Source: Octopus vulgaris (lineage: Eukaryota). Taken from it: a stretch of DNA of 64,000 nucleotides. Numbering within the stretch: the first letter of the stretch is position 1; each line of letters starts with the position of its first letter. The stretch lies in the NCBI GenBank assembly GCA_951406725.2, contig OX597814.1:137578001-137642000 (forward strand). Direction: 5' to 3'. A program made the translations under genes and the position numbers. Below are positions 62,500-64,000 of the stretch, piece after piece. The notes beneath the pieces are model-generated. The model had not been told where the DNA came from, ran no database searches, and worked only from the letters and a program-made list of their open reading frames with translations.

Positions 62500-62547
62500 T
62501 TGAGGAAATTTTTAAACCTGGGTTCTCATTCCTAAGGTATTTTTTGA

Positions 62548-62549
<2 letters not shown>

Positions 62550-62645
<96 letters not shown>

Positions 62646-62805
62646 GTATCATTGCCTTCTAATGCTGGAGATGTACTACAGTATCAGCTGTTCACTACCA
62701 GTGAACTAAGGTAACACCTCTCATTTTTCGAGCACCTTCTGGAGTATTCGAGCGGCTCTAAGCAGTGCTGTTTTCTGCAAGTGCTCCACCCTTATTGCAG
62801 CCCCA
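62550..62805 (-). mobile_element. 3' end of an RLE-type (R4/Dong-like) LINE ending in a (TAA)n tract
   Basis: - strand VEHLQKTALLRAARILQKVLEK*, a short 3' UTR, then (TAA)n at 62550-62645. Confidence 0.7.
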
Positions 62806-63598
62806 CTGACAAATCCATCCACTTTTTAGATGCTTTTAAAGCCAAACTGTGCAACCACATGTACCACTTCACTCACATTGTATTTGTGAATCTAAGGCTA
62901 TGATAAAAGATACTTGGCCCAAAATGTCAAATAGCGTGAGCCCTATAAAAATGCTTAGTCACACACTGCATGACAATCTTGCACCTATGTTCTGTTACAT
63001 ATTCAATTCCTTCTGTTTTTTTTTTTTAACATTTTCAACATATAACTTTCCCTTTTTTTAGCCTGGTTTACCTCAACATTGTACATCCAACAAATGGACG
63101 AGGTGTTAAGATCTCCATAAATGGTTACAGTAAAGGTCAGTATTTCTTCATTTGTAACAAAGTTAACCATACTAGCTTGAAATAATCCATTTCTGTTTCC
63201 GTATTTCTCCTCTCTTCATCACCCTCGTTGTTTCCAAACACTCACGTCCTATATTAATCACATTGTGCAATCCTTCCTTCTTAGAACATCAGCCCTTTGG
63301 AAATCACTTCCTGCTCATTTCTTTCCCATAGCTGTTGCATTACTAGGGTTCTAGAGGAAAAAAAAAACATGGCACCAATCTTGCCAGTCTAGGAGAGCCT
63401 GCAGACAGAGCAACTTCAGCAAAAAAAAAAAAAGCAAATGATATTTCTTTGGTGATTCTTTTGTGATTATTAGCTGATGTATCATCAATTCATATGATAC
63501 CATCAGTGTGTAGGAGTGTACCTATGTCAAAAACTTTAAGATGTTGCTATGATATGCAAGTATACAAATTTGTCCAATTCCACTATTGTTAATATACA

Positions 63599-63831
63599 TA
63601 TGATGGGGTGGTGAAAGGTTCCTGGCTTTGAAAATTTCCTGGGTAAAAGAAAATACAAGAAGATTAGTTAATTATGATTTTATTCAACATGTTCCCCTCT
63701 TAGATTCTCACTCTTACTGCAGCGGCCGTTCAGTTTTTCTAAACCCTGTAAAAGAACTCGGATGGTTTGGCCTCCAACCAGGCTTTTTGCAATACCCTTG
63801 AAACCATGAAATTTTCAGCACTCCCCTTGTT
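63599..63831. mobile_element. Mariner-derived MITE
   Basis: Imperfect TIRs tatgatggggtggtgaaaggttcctgg / ccatgaaattttcagcactccccttgt. Confidence 0.6.
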
Positions 63832-64000
63832 TACATGTGTATTGTGTGTCTGTGTGTGTTACTGTCTCCTTGCCTTGACATCATGTGATAGTTGTAAATG
63901 CATGTCACCATAATGCAAATGATGTCCTTCATTTTCAATATTCTGCGCAAACATATTTGGTCTTGGGGAAATATTTCCTCACAATGGAAACAGGTGCAAG

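Noticed and set aside
62442-62714. Poly-Leu membrane-protein-like ORF
   Set aside because: Translation of the (TTA)n tract

Overview
AT-rich, microsatellite-dense animal genomic DNA, most likely an octopus (inferred from the SINE families and the repeat landscape). Nearly all short ORFs in the track are artefacts of (TA)n/(CA)n sequence. Only one convincing host gene is present: an intronless, secreted six-sushi (CCP) protein at 17345-18817 (+). It has a TATA box and a perfect 32-bp CCAAT-containing hairpin upstream. The rest is transposable elements: a full-length CR1/L2-group LINE (30587-35337, -) with an intact ORF2 plus four truncated copies, two Gypsy remnants, mariner and pogo remnants, two Helitron families, RTE and R4/Dong-like LINE ends, several tRNA-derived SINE families, and many Penelope-like element (PLE) fragments. 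The most striking structure is two large fold-back palindromes (2129-9590 and 55408-58093). Each is centred on the C-terminal end of a PLE GIY-YIG endonuclease, carries a hammerhead ribozyme near the outer end of each arm, and is bounded by (TA)n. Further intact or decayed hammerheads occur across the window, including one split by a LINE insertion. The full-length LINE has no ATG for ORF2 and has a G GGA AAC heptamer immediately before the inferred ORF1 stop, phased for a -1 shift into ORF2. All calls were made by eye, so boundaries are approximate to a few bases unless stated.
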